From NCBI RefSeq assembly GCF_009914755.1, contig NC_060939.1: a DNA stretch of 64,000 bases; one strand, given 5' to 3'. The notes below the pieces were generated by a model. That model did not search any database, was not told where the DNA came from, and saw only the letters and a program-made list of their open reading frames with translations. Position numbers and translations under genes: made by a program. Source of the stretch: the human T2T-CHM13v2.0 reference genome, Homo sapiens. Of this stretch, positions 1-14,477 are shown one piece after another (the first letter of the stretch is position 1; each line of letters begins with the position of its first letter).

Positions 1-482
<482 letters not shown>

Positions 483-499
483 TGTTTTCATAAACAGCC

Positions 500-1208
500 T
501 CAAACTGTTTTTGATCATTGTAGTCTTTGTGCCAAAGAACAGCCTGAGGTGTAAACTTAAGGTCTTCTTAGATCTTTTTTGAGCCTGTGCCTTTCTTTGG
601 GCATGTATGGCCACTTTCTTACTTTCCCCATATATGCAATTGCTTTTGAATTACCTAGCATTTAATGTCTGGCTCCTAAAAAGGCAGGGTGGGGGTGCTG
701 GGGTGGGGATTAGTACGGGCCCTTTAAAGAGGAGAGGGAAGTATGCAATCCCTTTAATTCTCTTGGCAGTCACTTTGGCCATAGGAGGAGGGGACTGCAA
801 CAATGGCTGTGAAAGAGGAGGGGCTTGCATGGATTGAAGGAGGTGCAACAATAGCAGCCACACACCTCTTTGCACCTCTGTGATGAGAGGCAGCAATCAG
901 CAACCAGAGCGTAGATTTACTGATATTTAGAGGACAGGGTACATTTTGCTCACCCTGGCTCCCACCACTATGTGCCATTGTTCCAGGAACACAATACAGC
1001 CAACTGCCACGGGGATGGTAGGGGGCTTGGGTAGCTACCGTACTAAAAGCTGAAATTGGCCAAAATTAAACACATTTATGTGGAAGGTGCGAGTCTTCAG
1101 TAGACTCCAGAGTTCCAAAATAGTTACATAAGACACATTCTGTCAGTGCAGTTGTCTCAGTGGGAGACAGAGTCAGTTCTTCCTGCTCCACCATCTTCCC
1201 AGAATCCT
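500..1208 (-). mobile_element. Old L1M 5' region
   Basis: Ends 'ctccaccatcttcccagaatcc', resembling the L1M 5' terminus at ~36300 ('ctccattccagaagtcc'). Confidence 0.5.
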
Positions 1209-1213
1209 TCCCC

Positions 1214-1310
1214 ACTTTATGCATCTTTATGTCCCCAAGTATAAACACAGTGCCAGGCACAGAGATGATACTCAGTGCACACTGTCGACTGACTGTAATA
1301 AGTGAACAAA
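1214..1310 (+). mobile_element. L2 3' end
   Basis: 'cacagtgccaggcacagag...actcagt...gtgaa' is the L2 terminal motif. Confidence 0.6.
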
Positions 1311-1821
1311 GTATTGTGTTGGAGGGACTAGCTATCGCTCCTTAAAATAAAGGAAGCAGCTCTTATTTTATCCATTCAAAAAAATATCCTCTTCAACTCT
1401 GCAGTGTGAATGGGAGGGGTCTGGGAACCATGTCTACAGGCACTTTCACAAAACCATGCTCTCTAATGGCCAGGGAAGGGCACAGCCTCCTGGCTTCAAA
1501 GTTACCCATTGAGAAGCATAGTTTAACATAAGGCCATGCTTATAAACACAGCATTTACCCTGGGCTCATGTCTATGCTTCGCCTTCTTATGAAATGTGAT
1601 TACTAGCTAAAAAAATAAAAAATATTCCTGGTTGCTTGATACTGTGTGTCCAAAATGCTGATTCATTTGCTATGTTGAGAGCAAACAATTTCTCTAATTT
1701 TACCTCCAAAAGGAATTTCAGGACACAGAGGATCTGTATTTTCAAGTGCATCAGTTGATTATGGGCTCCCCCTGCCTCAGCCTGCCTCTTCTTATATATT
1801 TATTTTCATATTTTCTCTTAC

Positions 1822-2133
<312 letters not shown>

Positions 2134-2254
2134 ATATTTTCTCCCATTTTAAAAGTAATTGCAATAATGCCCACTCCAGAAATCTGGGTCTTATCATGGC
2201 ACTATAAATCATTTTGTAATTAATTTGAGTCCATACATTATTCAGATTTCTTTA

Positions 2255-3120
2255 GTTTCTCCTTAACATCTTTTTCTGTTCCAGGATTCCATCCAGGATC
2301 CTACATTGCATTTAGTCGTTTTCTCAGGCTCCTCTTGGCTACAGTGTCTTGCTTTTGATGGGCTTGACAGTTTTGAGATGTATTGGCTATTTTGTAGAAT
2401 TTTCCTTAGTTTGAGTTTGTCAGGTATTTTTCCCATTGAGTTTATGGGTTCTTGGGAAGAAGACCATGGAGGGAAAGTGCCATATTAATTATATCATATC
2501 AAAGGTGCATACCATCAACATCACTGCGGATGCTCACTTTGATCATCTGGCTGAAGCAGTAGCCATCAGATTTCTCCACTGTAAAATTACTTTGTTTTCC
2601 CTCTTCCTATGCTGTGCTCTTTGGAAGGAAATTATTTTGGAAATCACTTTGGAAAGAAGCCCACACTTAAGGCTGTGGAGCTATGCTTCACCTCTTGGAG
2701 GAAATAATAGCTACATAAAATTATTTGGAATTCTTTTACATGGAGAATTGCCTATTCTCCCCTACTTATTTGTGTATGCAATCATGTATTTATACCAGTA
2801 TGCACTCATGGATATTTATTTTATGCTCCAGGTTATAATCCAGTACAATGTTACTTATTTTATTTCTCAAATTGTTCCAGCTTTGGCCATTGGGAGCTCT
2901 TTCAGTTGGCTCTTGTGTCCCCTTCATAAGCCCATCGTTTGATTTTTGAGCACTTGTTTGCTTTCTGATACTATAAGATGCTCTAGGCTCATATTGTATA
3001 TTCCCTGCCCCAACCCTAGAATCAGCCATTTCTTCATGGCACCCTGATTCCGTGTATTGAAGTATGGTGTAAGGAACCAGTGTCTGGGCACTGGGTTTGC
3101 TTATTGCCTCCGGGGTGAAG
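2255..3120 (-). mobile_element. L1MC/L1MD-type 3' UTR
   Basis: 'ttccaggattccatccaggatcctacattgcatttagt' and 'ccctagaatcagccatttc' are old L1M 3' UTR motifs. Confidence 0.7.
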
Positions 3121-3384
3121 CATTTTGCAGGAATGTTGTTTCATTCAAAATATCTTTCCAAATAGTATTTGTTTTCAATAAACTCAAATTATAAGAGGTG
3201 TATTTCTCTCAAGTCTTTTAGAACTTTAGATTTTCCAACTTTACCACTACTTAAGTTAATAAGATAATTTTTCTTTTGTTTTGTAAATTAATATCATTAT
3301 TCATCTCTCCTAAACATGTACATGGAACTCCAAAGGCATGGTTGAGGTCCAATTTTTACTTTTCTAAATTTCAGTTTTATTTCT

Positions 3385-3697
3385 TCTTTTTTCCTTTCTT
3401 TCTTTCTTTTTTTTTTTTAAAGACAGCATCTCGCTCAGTTGCCCAGGGTGGAATTCAGTGGCATGATCATAGCTCACTGCAGCCTCCAATTCCTTGGCTC
3501 AAGCAGTCCTTCTGCCTCAGCCCCCTGAGTAGCTAAGACCACAGGCACAGGCTAGCAGCCTGGCTAATTTTTTTTTTTGTAGAGAAGAAGTCTCACTATG
3601 TTGCCCAGGCTATTCTCAAACTCCTGGCCTCAAGCTATCCTCCCACCCGAGCCTCCCAATATGTTGAGATTGCAAGCATGAGCCGCTGCACCTGGCC
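3385..3697 (-). mobile_element. AluJ
   Basis: 'gatcatagctcactgcagcctc...ggctcaagcagtcct' are AluJ diagnostics. Confidence 0.9.
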
Positions 3698-4538
3698 AAC
3701 CTCTTATTATTATTTATCACACAATGTAAAAGAGATTGTTTCTGTCCTCTAACAAGTGTCTCCATCATAAAAATTATTTCAGCTTCCTTTATTCGAGCTG
3801 ATTCTGGTCCTGCTAGAACATTCTTGTTCTCCAGCAACTAGAACTTCAGGCAACGGCACAACTGGGGTGTAAGACATGCCATGATTTTGCACATAGGGAA
3901 GTAATCCTTTCTGGATTGTTTCCAGTCCTTCCTATTGAATTAGAACATTTTGGCTGACCTTTCTGGTAGCAGCAGCAACACATTTAAATAATGTCTTCAG
4001 TAAATGGTTTATAGTGAATGATAGGTCCATTTCTTGGATCCTAGCTGAAAGTTCATAAAGCTCAGAATCTTACGAAAATAGCTTAAGCTTCTTTTTCTTT
4101 TTCTAGATGTGTTATTTTGCTCTTGCTCACATTATTTTTCATCTGCCACTTTCCTGCAGCATTGCTAAATTACTTCCCAGATTCTATTTAATCACTGGCT
4201 ATACCTGAAACTACTCTATGTGTGCAGTATCAGAAATAGACCTGCTAAATATGAGACTTTGCTCTTTCCAAATTAGAGAATGACTTAATATTTGTACATT
4301 TAGCTATGAGTGAGGGTTGGAACATCGTTAGAATGCAGGTGTACCCTGATTCTCAAGCTCATAATGATTGTGCAAAATGTTGAAAGTACCAGCAATTTTC
4401 CAGAACGGATTTCTGGCCATGTCTACATTAGAGGCATATTATTATATTTTACTCAATATGCATGAAGTCAATGGATAGAAGGAAGTTGCAGAAAGGAGAG
4501 ATGCCAAATTCACCTATTTATTAGAGTTGATTTTGTAA

Positions 4539-4903
<365 letters not shown>

Positions 4904-4924
4904 TTCCACTTTTAAATTTAAGTC

Positions 4925-5040
4925 AATGGATTAATTCAACAAACACTAATTGAGCATCTACTCTGTGCCATGTGCATACTGGGGATGGTGCAAAACAATC
5001 AAGGCAGCAGAACTCCTTCTCCCAGAGCTTGCCCGATGCT
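4925..5040 (-). mobile_element. L2 3' end
   Basis: 'attcaacaaacactaattgagcatctactctgtgcca'. Confidence 0.65.
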
Positions 5041-5165
5041 TCACATCCTTGGAGCTGAGGGCTGCCTGAAGATTCTTGATCTGGTTGGGCATCTTCCCTG
5101 AGCAAGCCAGAGAGAGCTGAATTTATCCAACCTGTGCACATCATAAGTAGGGGAATCTCAAATTT

Positions 5166-5908
5166 GTTTCTTAATTAATTGATTAATTGTTTAATTGATA
5201 CATTGTTATTGTACATATTTATGGGCTCTAATTTGATGTTCCAATACATATATACGTTGTATAAGGATTAAATCAGAGTATTTAGCATGTCCATCGCTTC
5301 ATGCATTTGTCCTTTTTTTTTTTTATTTTTTTTTTTTTGAGACAGAGTCTCACTCCGTCACCAGGCTGGAGTGCTGTGGCGTGATCTCAGCTCACTGAAA
5401 CCTCTGACTCCCTGGTTCAAACGATTCTCCTGCCTCAGCCTGCTGAGTAGTTGGGATTACAGGCATGTGCCACCACACCCAGCTAATTTTTGTGTTTTTA
5501 GTAGAGACGAGGTTTCACCGTGTTAGCCAGGATGGTCTCGATCTCCTGACCTCGTGATCCACCCACCTTGGCCTCCCAAAGTGCTGGGATTACAGGCGTG
5601 AGCCACGGCGCCCGGCCTGCATTTGTCATTTCTTGGTGGTGGGAACATTCAAAAGTCTCTCTTCAGCTATTTTGTAATCTATGGTATCTTACTGTTAATC
5701 ATTCTCATCCAACTATGCAATAAGATACCAGAACTTCTTCCTCCTAACTGTAACTTTGTATCCATTTGTCAACCTCTCTCTGTCCTCCCCATCCCCCTTC
5801 CCAGTCACAGAAAGACAAATACTGCAGGATCTCACTTATATGTAGAATCTAAAAAAAAAAAAATTCTTAAAGTTGATATCCTAGAAGCAAAGAGTAGAAC
5901 AATGGTGA
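5166..5908 (-). mobile_element. 5'-truncated L1MA 3' end with 5' inversion (5805-5908 on +), interrupted by an Alu
   Basis: Minus-strand L1MA 3' UTR up to 5804, then plus-strand 'cacagaaagacaaatactgcaggatctcacttatatgtagaatct'. Candidate TSD 'tcaaattt'. Confidence 0.8.
5312..5617 (-). mobile_element. AluSc-like
   Basis: Full dimer with TSD 'tgcatttgtc' at 5302-5311 and 5618-5627. Confidence 0.94.
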
Positions 5909-6731
5909 TCAAATTTCTGATCTATAACCTTGAACACTAGTACCATTCTGTTAAAGTACTTATTTCTAGTTTATCTAGTTTAGATTTTTAATTTGTTTTT
6001 GTTTTTGTCTTACTGTCAGTCACTACTTGCCTCACTTTTTACATTGAAATAGCCCCCTTGGGTAGTCATTAACTGCATATTTAGATGTGCCATGTCTGTT
6101 GGGTGTGAGCCTGCTGATCTGGTATTTTAAATTCTTAAATTTCATGCCAGACACGACAGACTTGAAGGGAAGCAAGTGATTACCATGGCATTCAAAGATA
6201 GAACTCTGAATGCCACCAGCAGAATGTCACCACTTGCAGTCATAGCTGAAAGCAATTGGGTAGAGCACATTTTTCTTCAGGATTTAAGAATGTAAAATAT
6301 AACTGTATTTTTGATCTTTAAATTAAACCTGATGCATTCCAGGCATTAAAAACAACCACGACAACTCTATTTCTCAACCCCTCTAGAACAGGCTTTCACA
6401 AGATGGAACTAAGTCTCGGGTCTGTTGTGTGTTCATCTTGAGACCACCACTCCACTCTTTCCCTCAGGCCCAGTGGCGTGGCTTGAGACTGGATCCACAA
6501 AACGGATTAGAGATTGCAAAGTGAGCAGAGTGGTTAGCAGAAGGCAGGTTGTCATCATGGAGCTTCACCAGGACCAAGCTGGGGTCCAGAAACATCCTAG
6601 TACTGACTTGGTCATGATAGACAGTGCATCTAGACAAGCTCTGGCTCCCAGCGCCAGGCAGGATCCCAAGTGTTGGGCGAAGTCAATGGGGGGGCCCAGC
6701 CCCACTGTGTAGGCACCCAGAGGTGGTATCG

Positions 6732-6829
6732 CCCACGCAACATCTGGGACCCACTGATACCAAAGCGTTATTGCTACTTATCTTGAATTCAGATTCAATT
6801 GGGCATCCCATATTTTATCTGGCAACCCT
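6732..6829. mobile_element. MER53-like MITE, one half
   Basis: 'aattgggcatcccatattttatctggcaaccct' matches the MER53 terminal inverted repeat. Confidence 0.7.
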
Positions 6830-7407
6830 ATGAGAGGGCACTTCCCAGGAGCAGCAGAAGTGAGGTCCAGAAAAGCTGCCTGAGAGCATGCGTTCCACCA
6901 CGGGCAGCAAGGGCAGTGGCCTCAGAGACCAACTGCTGCAGGAAGGGAAATGGTCCAAAGAGAAGGGGCCTCCTTGGCTGCCAAACGTGGTGGGCACAGA
7001 GAGAGCCTCTATTTGTCTTCCCTGAAACACGCAACTTCCCATAAGAAGGCCAGGAGGACCCCCTCCTCCTGAACACCAGAGCTGTCTTCAAGTGCAGTTC
7101 TTCTCTGGGGAAGAGCCTTGGGCTCCCCCTGGAGGTCACGAAGCGCAACAGGCCTTGTGTTGGGCAGAGCATCGCTGTCCTTCACCTCCTACGGAGAAAG
7201 AGGGGTTTCAGGGAGTAATGACCAGCACCCCCACCCCCGCCCTGCAATGACTGCTAAAGAGGTCTCCAAATAGTCCAAGTGAGAAAACAGCCAGGGTGGG
7301 GCAGGGCGAGCATGGGTTGTTTACGGCCGTTTCCACGCTGACTGGTCATCGCTTTGTGGATACTCGTGCTCATGTCCCTGGTTAAATTGTTATATACTAC
7401 CCCTGGT

Positions 7408-7430
7408 TATAAAAGCTCGCGCTATAAAAG
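7408..7430 (+). promoter_or_regulatory. Tandem TATAAAAG boxes (candidate Pol II core promoter)
   Basis: TATAAAAG at 7408-7415 and 7423-7430, in non-repetitive sequence that retains several CpGs. Confidence 0.3.
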
Positions 7431-8222
7431 TGATGGGGACAGGCTGGCAGCGGGGCTGCAGAAAGCTGGAGGACTTTTGCTCCCCCAAAAGCTTGTAGCA
7501 GAGCCAGTGCATATACCTGTGAAGACCTTGTTACCGTGCATTGTAATCACTATTGCCATGCTCATGACATTTGTTTACCATGAGGTTCCTGAAGTCAAGA
7601 ATGCTCCCATCACCTCTAGGGTCTGGTACACAGTAGTTACTTGAAAACAGAATCAGTGAATGATGGAAGGCTGTGTAGTTAGATAATGTCTTGAAAAATG
7701 ATTAGCTAGTGTATTTTCAATTTACAGTAAAGCAGGTCACCCTGCAGCCTCCCACCCACCATATCAACAGCATTTATCACTTCTAAGAGAGGGCAGATAC
7801 CACCTATAGAAACAAAAAATCCATTGCTCAATTTTTAGTTTCAATCACCCTTTTCAGAGGCCATAATGGCAAAATCCTGGCCTTCATGTGTCCAGAGCCA
7901 AATTTGGAGATCTGAGAAGAGAGCTTTGCTATGACCCATGAGTATAACAGATCCAGGCTATGAGAGGAATGCCGAGCTGGCGGGGACGGTGGTGTGAGAT
8001 GTCACACGAGGAGGGAGGTGCAGACACAGTGGGCCTGTGCAGAGATGAAAACATCAGTCAGGCTCTGGGGAATCTGAGAACTCTGGGGCTGGTGCTAGCT
8101 CCTCTAGGTTCAGCATGACCCACAGCTAAGCAGAGGAGCGGAAGGATGGTTATGGAGAGTGCAAGTCCTAGACAAGAATGAACAGTTTACAGCCACTTGT
8201 AGAACTGTCTGTCTCTTTCCAG

Positions 8223-8382
8223 TATCTGAACTTTGACGATCTCAAAGGGCATCTCTGGGAATTTTTGAGTGTCAGCGTGCCACTCAAAGGGTGGCGGGAG
8301 GGGCACCTAGCAGTCAGTGCAGCAAGGCAGACAGGACCCGCATGCCAGCACCCTGCCTGTCTGATGACACTGATTCCGAAAG
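8223..8382 (+). other. Candidate internal exon (lncRNA or unannotated transcript)
   Basis: Acceptor 'ctgtctgtctctttccag|' and consensus donor 'AAG|GTAAGT'; 160 nt with one open frame. Confidence 0.35.
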
Positions 8383-8387
8383 GTAAG

Positions 8388-8846
8388 TGCATAATTTCCT
8401 GTGGCTGCTGTACACATTATAACCAACTGGATGGCTTCAAACAACACATATTTATTCTCTCACAGTTCAGGAGGTCGTAAGTCCAAAATCAAGGTGGTGT
8501 CAGGGTTGGCTCCTTCTGGAGGCTCTGCAGGACAATCAGTTCCATGCCTCTTTGCTGGCATCCGCTGGCTGCTGGCAGTCCTTGGACACCCCTGGCTGTC
8601 GACGTGGCATTCTTACCTCTGTCTCTGTTATTGTCTTCACACAGCCTTCTCTGTGTGTCTCTCAAACCTCCGTATCCTTTTACAAAGACACCACAGGATT
8701 TAGAATGTACTCTAAATCCAAGATGATTTCATCTTGAGATAAATACATCTTAAATAATTACATCTGCAAGGCTCTATTCCAATAAAGTCACATTTTGAGG
8801 TTCTGGGAAAACATGAACTTGCGGGGACACTATTCCATTTACTTCA
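8388..8846 (-). mobile_element. MLT1B/C-type MaLR solo LTR
   Basis: 'aaacaacacatatttattctctcacagttc...gtccaaaatcaaggtg...ggggacactatt'. Confidence 0.85.
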
Positions 8847-10261
8847 GTGGGATTAAGGTTCAGCATCAATTGTTGGGAAAAGACAAAGGCTCGATAGTAG
8901 GGAAATAGCTAATGTAATAAAATGAAACAGCACATCAAAATAACTCTTACACTGGGCTGGAAATATTCTTGCAATCGTGTTCTATATTGTTTGCTTTCTA
9001 GTCATAATTATACTCTGAATTTTAAGTTCATTTATAGGCATTGTATCATTAGTAGTTTTTAGGACTAATGACATTATTGTAGAGAAATAAGAGAAATTGC
9101 AAAGATAAAGTGTGTATTTGAATCATGAAAATTCAATACACGTATGGATTGCAATGGGAATTCACCTTCCATTAGTTGTCTATTCTTAAAAGCAGTGGGT
9201 GTGGAATAGGTTGAAAGTTGACGTATGTGTATAGGAAAGGAAGTCAGCACAGAAGCCTTCGGGTCAGGGCCTGTGGAGGAATCACCCACAGATTCCCCAA
9301 GGGCGTCGTTGATGGGGCCCGAAGTGTTCTCCCTAAGGCTGTCTTCTCTAAGCTGTAATTCAGGGTCCTGCTGCTTGAGGCTGCTGAAGCACTGTCACTT
9401 TGGGAGTCCCTCTGCAGACTCCCACAGCAGGATGGAGGGGCAGTGTCTGGTGGGAGGGAGAGGTGGATGGTACCAGCTGGCCCTGACGTCCTCCAGGGCA
9501 TGGTTTACACTTAGGAGCAGAACCCTTCATACAAGAAGACTTGGGTCAACCTTTTTCTGTCTGTGGTGTGTCTAGAACTCGCTGCCTTATCCTGATGTAT
9601 TCATCCAATCAGTTTTAAGTTGATGATGGAGATGTTGACCCACAGCTGATATTGATGACTCCTTTCCTCTAGCCCTCGTATATCTGCAGGTCTCTCAGAT
9701 GAAGACAGATGGAGATCAATGCACAAGTTACAACATTAGAAAGGGGGTGGAGACCTGAAAGGAGGTGGAGGTGCCAAATGAGGGCTTTAGAAAGCTGAAT
9801 ATGCAGAACTTAGTTCTACACAAGTTGAGTTCCAAGTATAAGCTCCAGTGCTTCATAATTCCCCAAGCTTGACATGTAAACAAATAGGAATTATTGATTT
9901 TGTCAAAGATAAGCACATCCAATGCTTGGATAAGCACATATATATGTGTGTGTGTATGTGTGTGCATATGTAAAATATAATGAATATATCAATATAGATA
10001 CATATGTAGGTCATACAGAAATGTATTTTCTAAGAATGATGTATAAAATGGTATCAAAATGGCACTAGGCCTTAAATTAAGGATAGCTTTTGAAATGAAT
10101 ATTTCAATATGACTATTTTTGTTATACATATATATGGCAGCTTTACTCAGAAATTCAAATATGAATAGAATGAATGAAAAATATATTACACGTTTTCTTT
10201 AAAATTAAGAGATGACAAAGAAATAAAATAAAATCTATTTCTAGATTTCATCTAGAAATCT

Positions 10262-10400
10262 TAATGTCCAGCTACCTTATTTTTCAGACAGTGAATCTGA
10301 GGTCTAGCAAAAAGTACTTAGAGAATTTGTAAAAAACACTAAGTATTTAGAGAACTTAGTAGCAGCACCTATTCATATTATATACAGTTGATTACTAGAG
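10262..10400 (-). mobile_element. MIR fragment
   Basis: 'ccttatttttcagacagtgaatctgaggtctag' resembles the MIR core. Confidence 0.45.
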
Positions 10401-10679
10401 ACAGGTGGACTCCCTTCAGTTCAACCAAGGTTCATTGCTTTTACTCCAACTCAGTCATTTCCCAATGTGGCTCGTAGGAGTCAAACTCAAGCAATGGATT
10501 TCATTTAATTTTTGAGTTAACATAAATGTATGAAGAACAATAATTTTTAAATTATCAGGAATGCCTCCAAATTAAGGCTCTATATTTTACTAGAAGAATT
10601 AATGAAATGATTACATTAATGAAAGTTAAAAAAATGTTTCTACTTTTGAATAGCCCCTGTTTTTACTGTTGTACAAAGG

Positions 10680-10853
10680 CTCATTCTCTTGGTTGCAATT
10701 GTAATCACCTGGGGAGCTTGACTCCAGGATCCCCCCAACCCCAGACATTCTGCTATAACCGGGGCCTGGAGGTGTGTGCTGGGCACCATTATTATTTGTG
10801 AAGAGCCTCAGATAATTCAAAGGAGCAGCTCACATGGAGAACCACTGATCTAG
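10680..10853. mobile_element. MER5-type hAT MITE
   Basis: 'aatcacctggggagctt...ccagacattctg...gagaaccactgatctag'. Confidence 0.75.
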
Positions 10854-11099
10854 TGATTCTTCTTTTCCTCCTTGATCTTCTGAAGCACAGCAATTAGGTT
10901 CAGTACAAAATTAAAAGTTAATACCCCCATTGGGCATTAACTTTTGGGTACCATTACCATTGGGGGTATGAACTATTTATCTTAAAAGACACAATATCAG
11001 TGTAGACATTCTGATTATAGACATTTACGTGACCAAAACACACACACAACAACACTAACAAACAATTCCAGGTTCTCACCAGCGTTACCAAGCATGACG

Positions 11100-11800
11100 A
11101 GCCTTTTCTCCGAGACCTGACTCTGTTTTTCACCCCTAAATCAATCTCACTTCTGTATTTTCTACCTCAGGGCACTTTCTCATCTATTTCCTGCTTTGGA
11201 AAAGGGCACTCCAGTCATTCCAGTCACCGAAACAAGAGATTTTGGAAATTCATGCCGGGCAGAGTGCTGGGCATGGGGAATTTGGTGGCTGGCAAGACAA
11301 GCCGCTTCTGTCCTCAAGGCCTGACTCTGAGGCCAAACCATCACTGAGTCAGGGCCCCCAGAGCCCTGCATGTTGACCACCGTGTGGATGGACACCATGT
11401 GGATGGCCTCTTTCAACATCTTCTAACTCAGCTTTCTCCTGCAGCCAGTGAGCTCTCTCCAGAGATAAGTGCAGTCATGCCCTTACCATCTAATACACAG
11501 CAGTTTTTCATCACTGACAGAAAATGTACAACCTTAACCCATCATGACTTACAGCCCTCCATGTCTGATCGTAGCCCCAAACACACCATACCTTTCACAT
11601 CCGCACTGCATCCCTGCATTGTACCACCAGCCAGCCACCTTCCTCCTCCCTTACCCGCTGGGGGATTTGCACAGTCGCTGTAGACCCCAGCCTCTGTGTG
11701 ACCACTACTTTGAAGACTTCCTCCTTCACCCTCTTAGGAATTTAGCCTTTCTCACCTAATATTTGTCTCCGCTCATTGAACATGAAGTCATGGTTTCTAT
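11100..11800 (+). mobile_element. L2 fragments (degenerate)
   Basis: Pyrimidine-rich L2-like motifs such as 'gggcactccagtcattccagtcacc' and 'actttgaagacttcctcc'. Confidence 0.4.
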
Positions 11801-12754
11801 GCTGGTTGTTATTCTTTCTGTTATTTACAGTGTTTTTTTTTTTGTTGTTGTTGTTTTTTAAGAAAAGAGTGTGTTAGAAATACTTTATACACACCACATA
11901 AACTTGAAGTCTCTCTGAAGAAACGTTTATGGTTTAGAAATTTATGATACGAGGTTTAAGATAGTCTATTTCATCTGATGTTTTGCCTTTTTCTCATGTC
12001 AAGTGTTACCTCACTGTTATGAATGTTGCCACACTGGCTTTATATAGCCACCATCTATCACTCTTCTGTTTGTTTAGTAAACATCTATCTCCATCTATCT
12101 GTTATCTATACTCTATGAATCTATTGCCTATCTGCCAGTCACCTCTCATCTACCTATCCATCTCAATGTTTGTTTTGACTCATTTGAAAATAAGTTGTCA
12201 ACCTCACAACCACAAGAAAAAGAAATCTTGCTTCCATCTCAATCCCTTTTGTAACCATTGTTATTGATCTCATGTATCTTAGCAATAATTCTTTTTTTGC
12301 AATAATAAGCAAATTTGTTTTCTAATTACTTCACTGATTCTTCTCATACCTTCCTCTGTTGTTATTATTATTGCCTGGTTTCCTTTCTTTGCAGTTGACC
12401 TTAGGGAAAGAAGATCTCTGCATCCTTGAACATGCTTACAAATCACCTAGGCAATTATAAAATTATAATTATAAAACTAAACAGATCATCATAGATAAAG
12501 GAAATATATAGTTCAGAAGAAAATGTAATAAAGAAAAATAAGTACAAATATAATAAAGAAAATTAAATACACAAAGACAATAAATACCCTTTAGTACACA
12601 GTTATGAAAATTGACTTGGTAGCAACAGATGGGTGGGTTGAATACTTTTTTACATTACAACAATTTCCATAAAGGTGCAGACCCACAAATAAAGCAATGT
12701 TTTGGCCCAAACGAGTTATCGAATTTCTGCTGCATTACTTTTGAATTGTATCTA

Positions 12755-13212
<458 letters not shown>

Positions 13213-13655
13213 TCAAGGACAAGAGGAGGAATTCCTTCCAAAGGATAAGTAGAAAGTATTGACTATTTCTCCAGAGTGCCTGGAAGGTTTAGGCATTCTT
13301 TTAGGTGTTGATTAGAGCAGTAATACATAATTCACTTCAAAAACACTGATCATTCACTGTTGTTACCAAGCAACCCAAGGAAAACAGGAGGTCCTTCAAC
13401 CAGTGTCCAGGAGTTGCAGACCCAGAAGTAACTAAGTTGGGATACTTGGAGCCCGAATCATCAGATATGGAGTACAATTCTGTTATAAAAGACAATCAGA
13501 GAATGAGCCCTAAAAAGTCGGTGTAAAACTTGTGAAAGAGGAGAAAGAGACAGATAGGTAACAGCTTGTTTATGTCTACCTCAACAATTCAGTGTACCCT
13601 GGGCCCTGGGGACAAAACCAAACCAACCAAAAACAAATAAGAAAACCTCTGCTTC

Positions 13656-14477
13656 GAGAAATGCAAATCAAAACCACAATGAGATACCATCTCACACCAG
13701 TTAGAATGGCGATCATTAAAAAGTCAGGAAACAACAGGTGCTGGAGAGGATGTGGAGAAATAGGAACACTTTTACACTGTTGTTGGGACTGTAAACTAGT
13801 TCAACCATTGTGGAAGACAGTGTGGCGATTCCTCAAGGATCTAGAACTAGAAATACCATTTGACCCAGCCATCCCATTACTGGGTATATACCCAAAGGAT
13901 TATAAATCATGCTGCTATAAAGACACATGCACACGTATGTTTATTGCAGCACTATTCACAATAGCAAAGACTTGGAACCAACCCAAATGTCCATCAGTGA
14001 TAGACTGGATTAAGAAAATGTGGCACATATACACCATGGAATACTATGCAGCCATAAAAAAGGATGAGTTCATGTCCTTCATAGGGACATGGATGAATCT
14101 GGAAACCGTCATTCTCAGCAAACTATCGCAAGGGCAAAAAACCAAACACCACATGTTCTCACTCATAGGTGGGAATTGAACAATGAGAACACTTGGACAC
14201 AGGAAGGGGAACATCACACACCGGGGCCTGTCATGGGGTGGGGGGAGGGGGGAAGGATAGCATTAGGAGATATAGCTAATGTAAATGATGAGTTAATGGG
14301 TGCAGCACACCAACATGGCACGTGTATACATATGTAACAAACCTGCACGTTGTGCACATGTACCCTAGAACTTAAAGTATAATAATAAAAAAAAAAAACA
14401 AAATAATGTGTCAAGGGGAAGTAACTTTGTCTAGTTCACATGTCAAATAAAAATTATATCTAACAACAACAACAAAA
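13656..14477 (+). mobile_element. 5'-truncated L1PA (about L1PA4/5) with 3' transduction
   Basis: ORF2 C-terminus ([18 protein letters not shown]...[18 protein letters not shown]...SLIGGN*), 3' UTR and poly-A, then extra sequence and a second tail. 17-bp TSD 'aagaaaacctctgcttc' at 13639-13655 and 14478-14494. Confidence 0.96.

Noticed and set aside
2436-2942. 168-aa hydrophobic ORF
   Set aside because: T-rich antisense old L1 3' UTR.
13592-14179. 195-aa ORF as a gene
   Set aside because: It is the L1 ORF2 C-terminus of a 5'-truncated copy, and the start is a GTG in the flank.
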